DNA of 64,000 nucleotides, taken from Octopus sinensis (taxonomy: Eukaryota). Numbering within the stretch: position 1 is the stretch's first letter; each line of letters starts with the position of its first letter. The notes beneath the pieces are model-generated. The model was not told the origin of the DNA. It saw only the letters and a list, made by a program, of their open reading frames with translations, and did not search any database. Both the position numbers and the translations under genes were made by a program. Location: NCBI RefSeq assembly GCF_006345805.1, contig NC_043007.1, positions 52,700,001 through 52,764,000 on the forward strand, written 5' to 3'. Shown in pieces: positions 63,857 to 64,000 of this stretch.

Positions 63857-64000
63857 GCACCAGTACATTTTATCTTATTTTTTATTAAATTATTGTTAAA
63901 TATTATATATATATATATTTATAATATTTTATAATATATTTTGACATTTATAGGCATTTTTATGGACTACATCCAATATTCGTGGGTGCTCAAGGAATGT

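Overview
AT-rich, microsatellite-dense eukaryotic DNA. The repeat families (CORE-type tRNA SINEs, RTE LINEs with (TGA)n tails, many Penelope-like elements) suggest an octopodid cephalopod (inference from repeat style, not a database match). The only host coding sequence I can support is the last two coding exons of VPS54 (GARP complex subunit) on the minus strand: 42729-42823 and 14725-14836. These total 207 bp and are separated by a 27.9-kb intron; no further upstream exon was found before the window end. Almost everything else is transposon-derived: RTE LINEs (two young near-identical copies carry a PHD-type finger and a 61-bp tandem array in the 3' UTR), three types of Penelope-like element (PLE), four mariners, a Tc1-like MITE, a pogo/Tigger, a Chapaev-like transposase, two Ty3/Gypsy relics (one with both LTRs and a 5-bp TSD), a non-autonomous Helitron, and Tx1/L1 and R4/Dong-like 3' ends. 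The strongest unexplained-by-ORF signal is about 16 hammerhead-ribozyme-like (HHR) motifs in about 8 sequence families. Many sit in short fold-back cassettes that mimic MITEs, one lies downstream of a tRNA-like Pol III promoter, and several carry family-wide non-canonical cores. Other highlights are a 932-bp ~99% identical inverted repeat inside the VPS54 intron, a chimeric junction between two PLE types at nearly homologous RT positions, and a 1.43-kb tandem duplication that places palindromic-stem-III hammerheads in tandem. All calls were made by eye; boundaries of degenerate elements are approximate.
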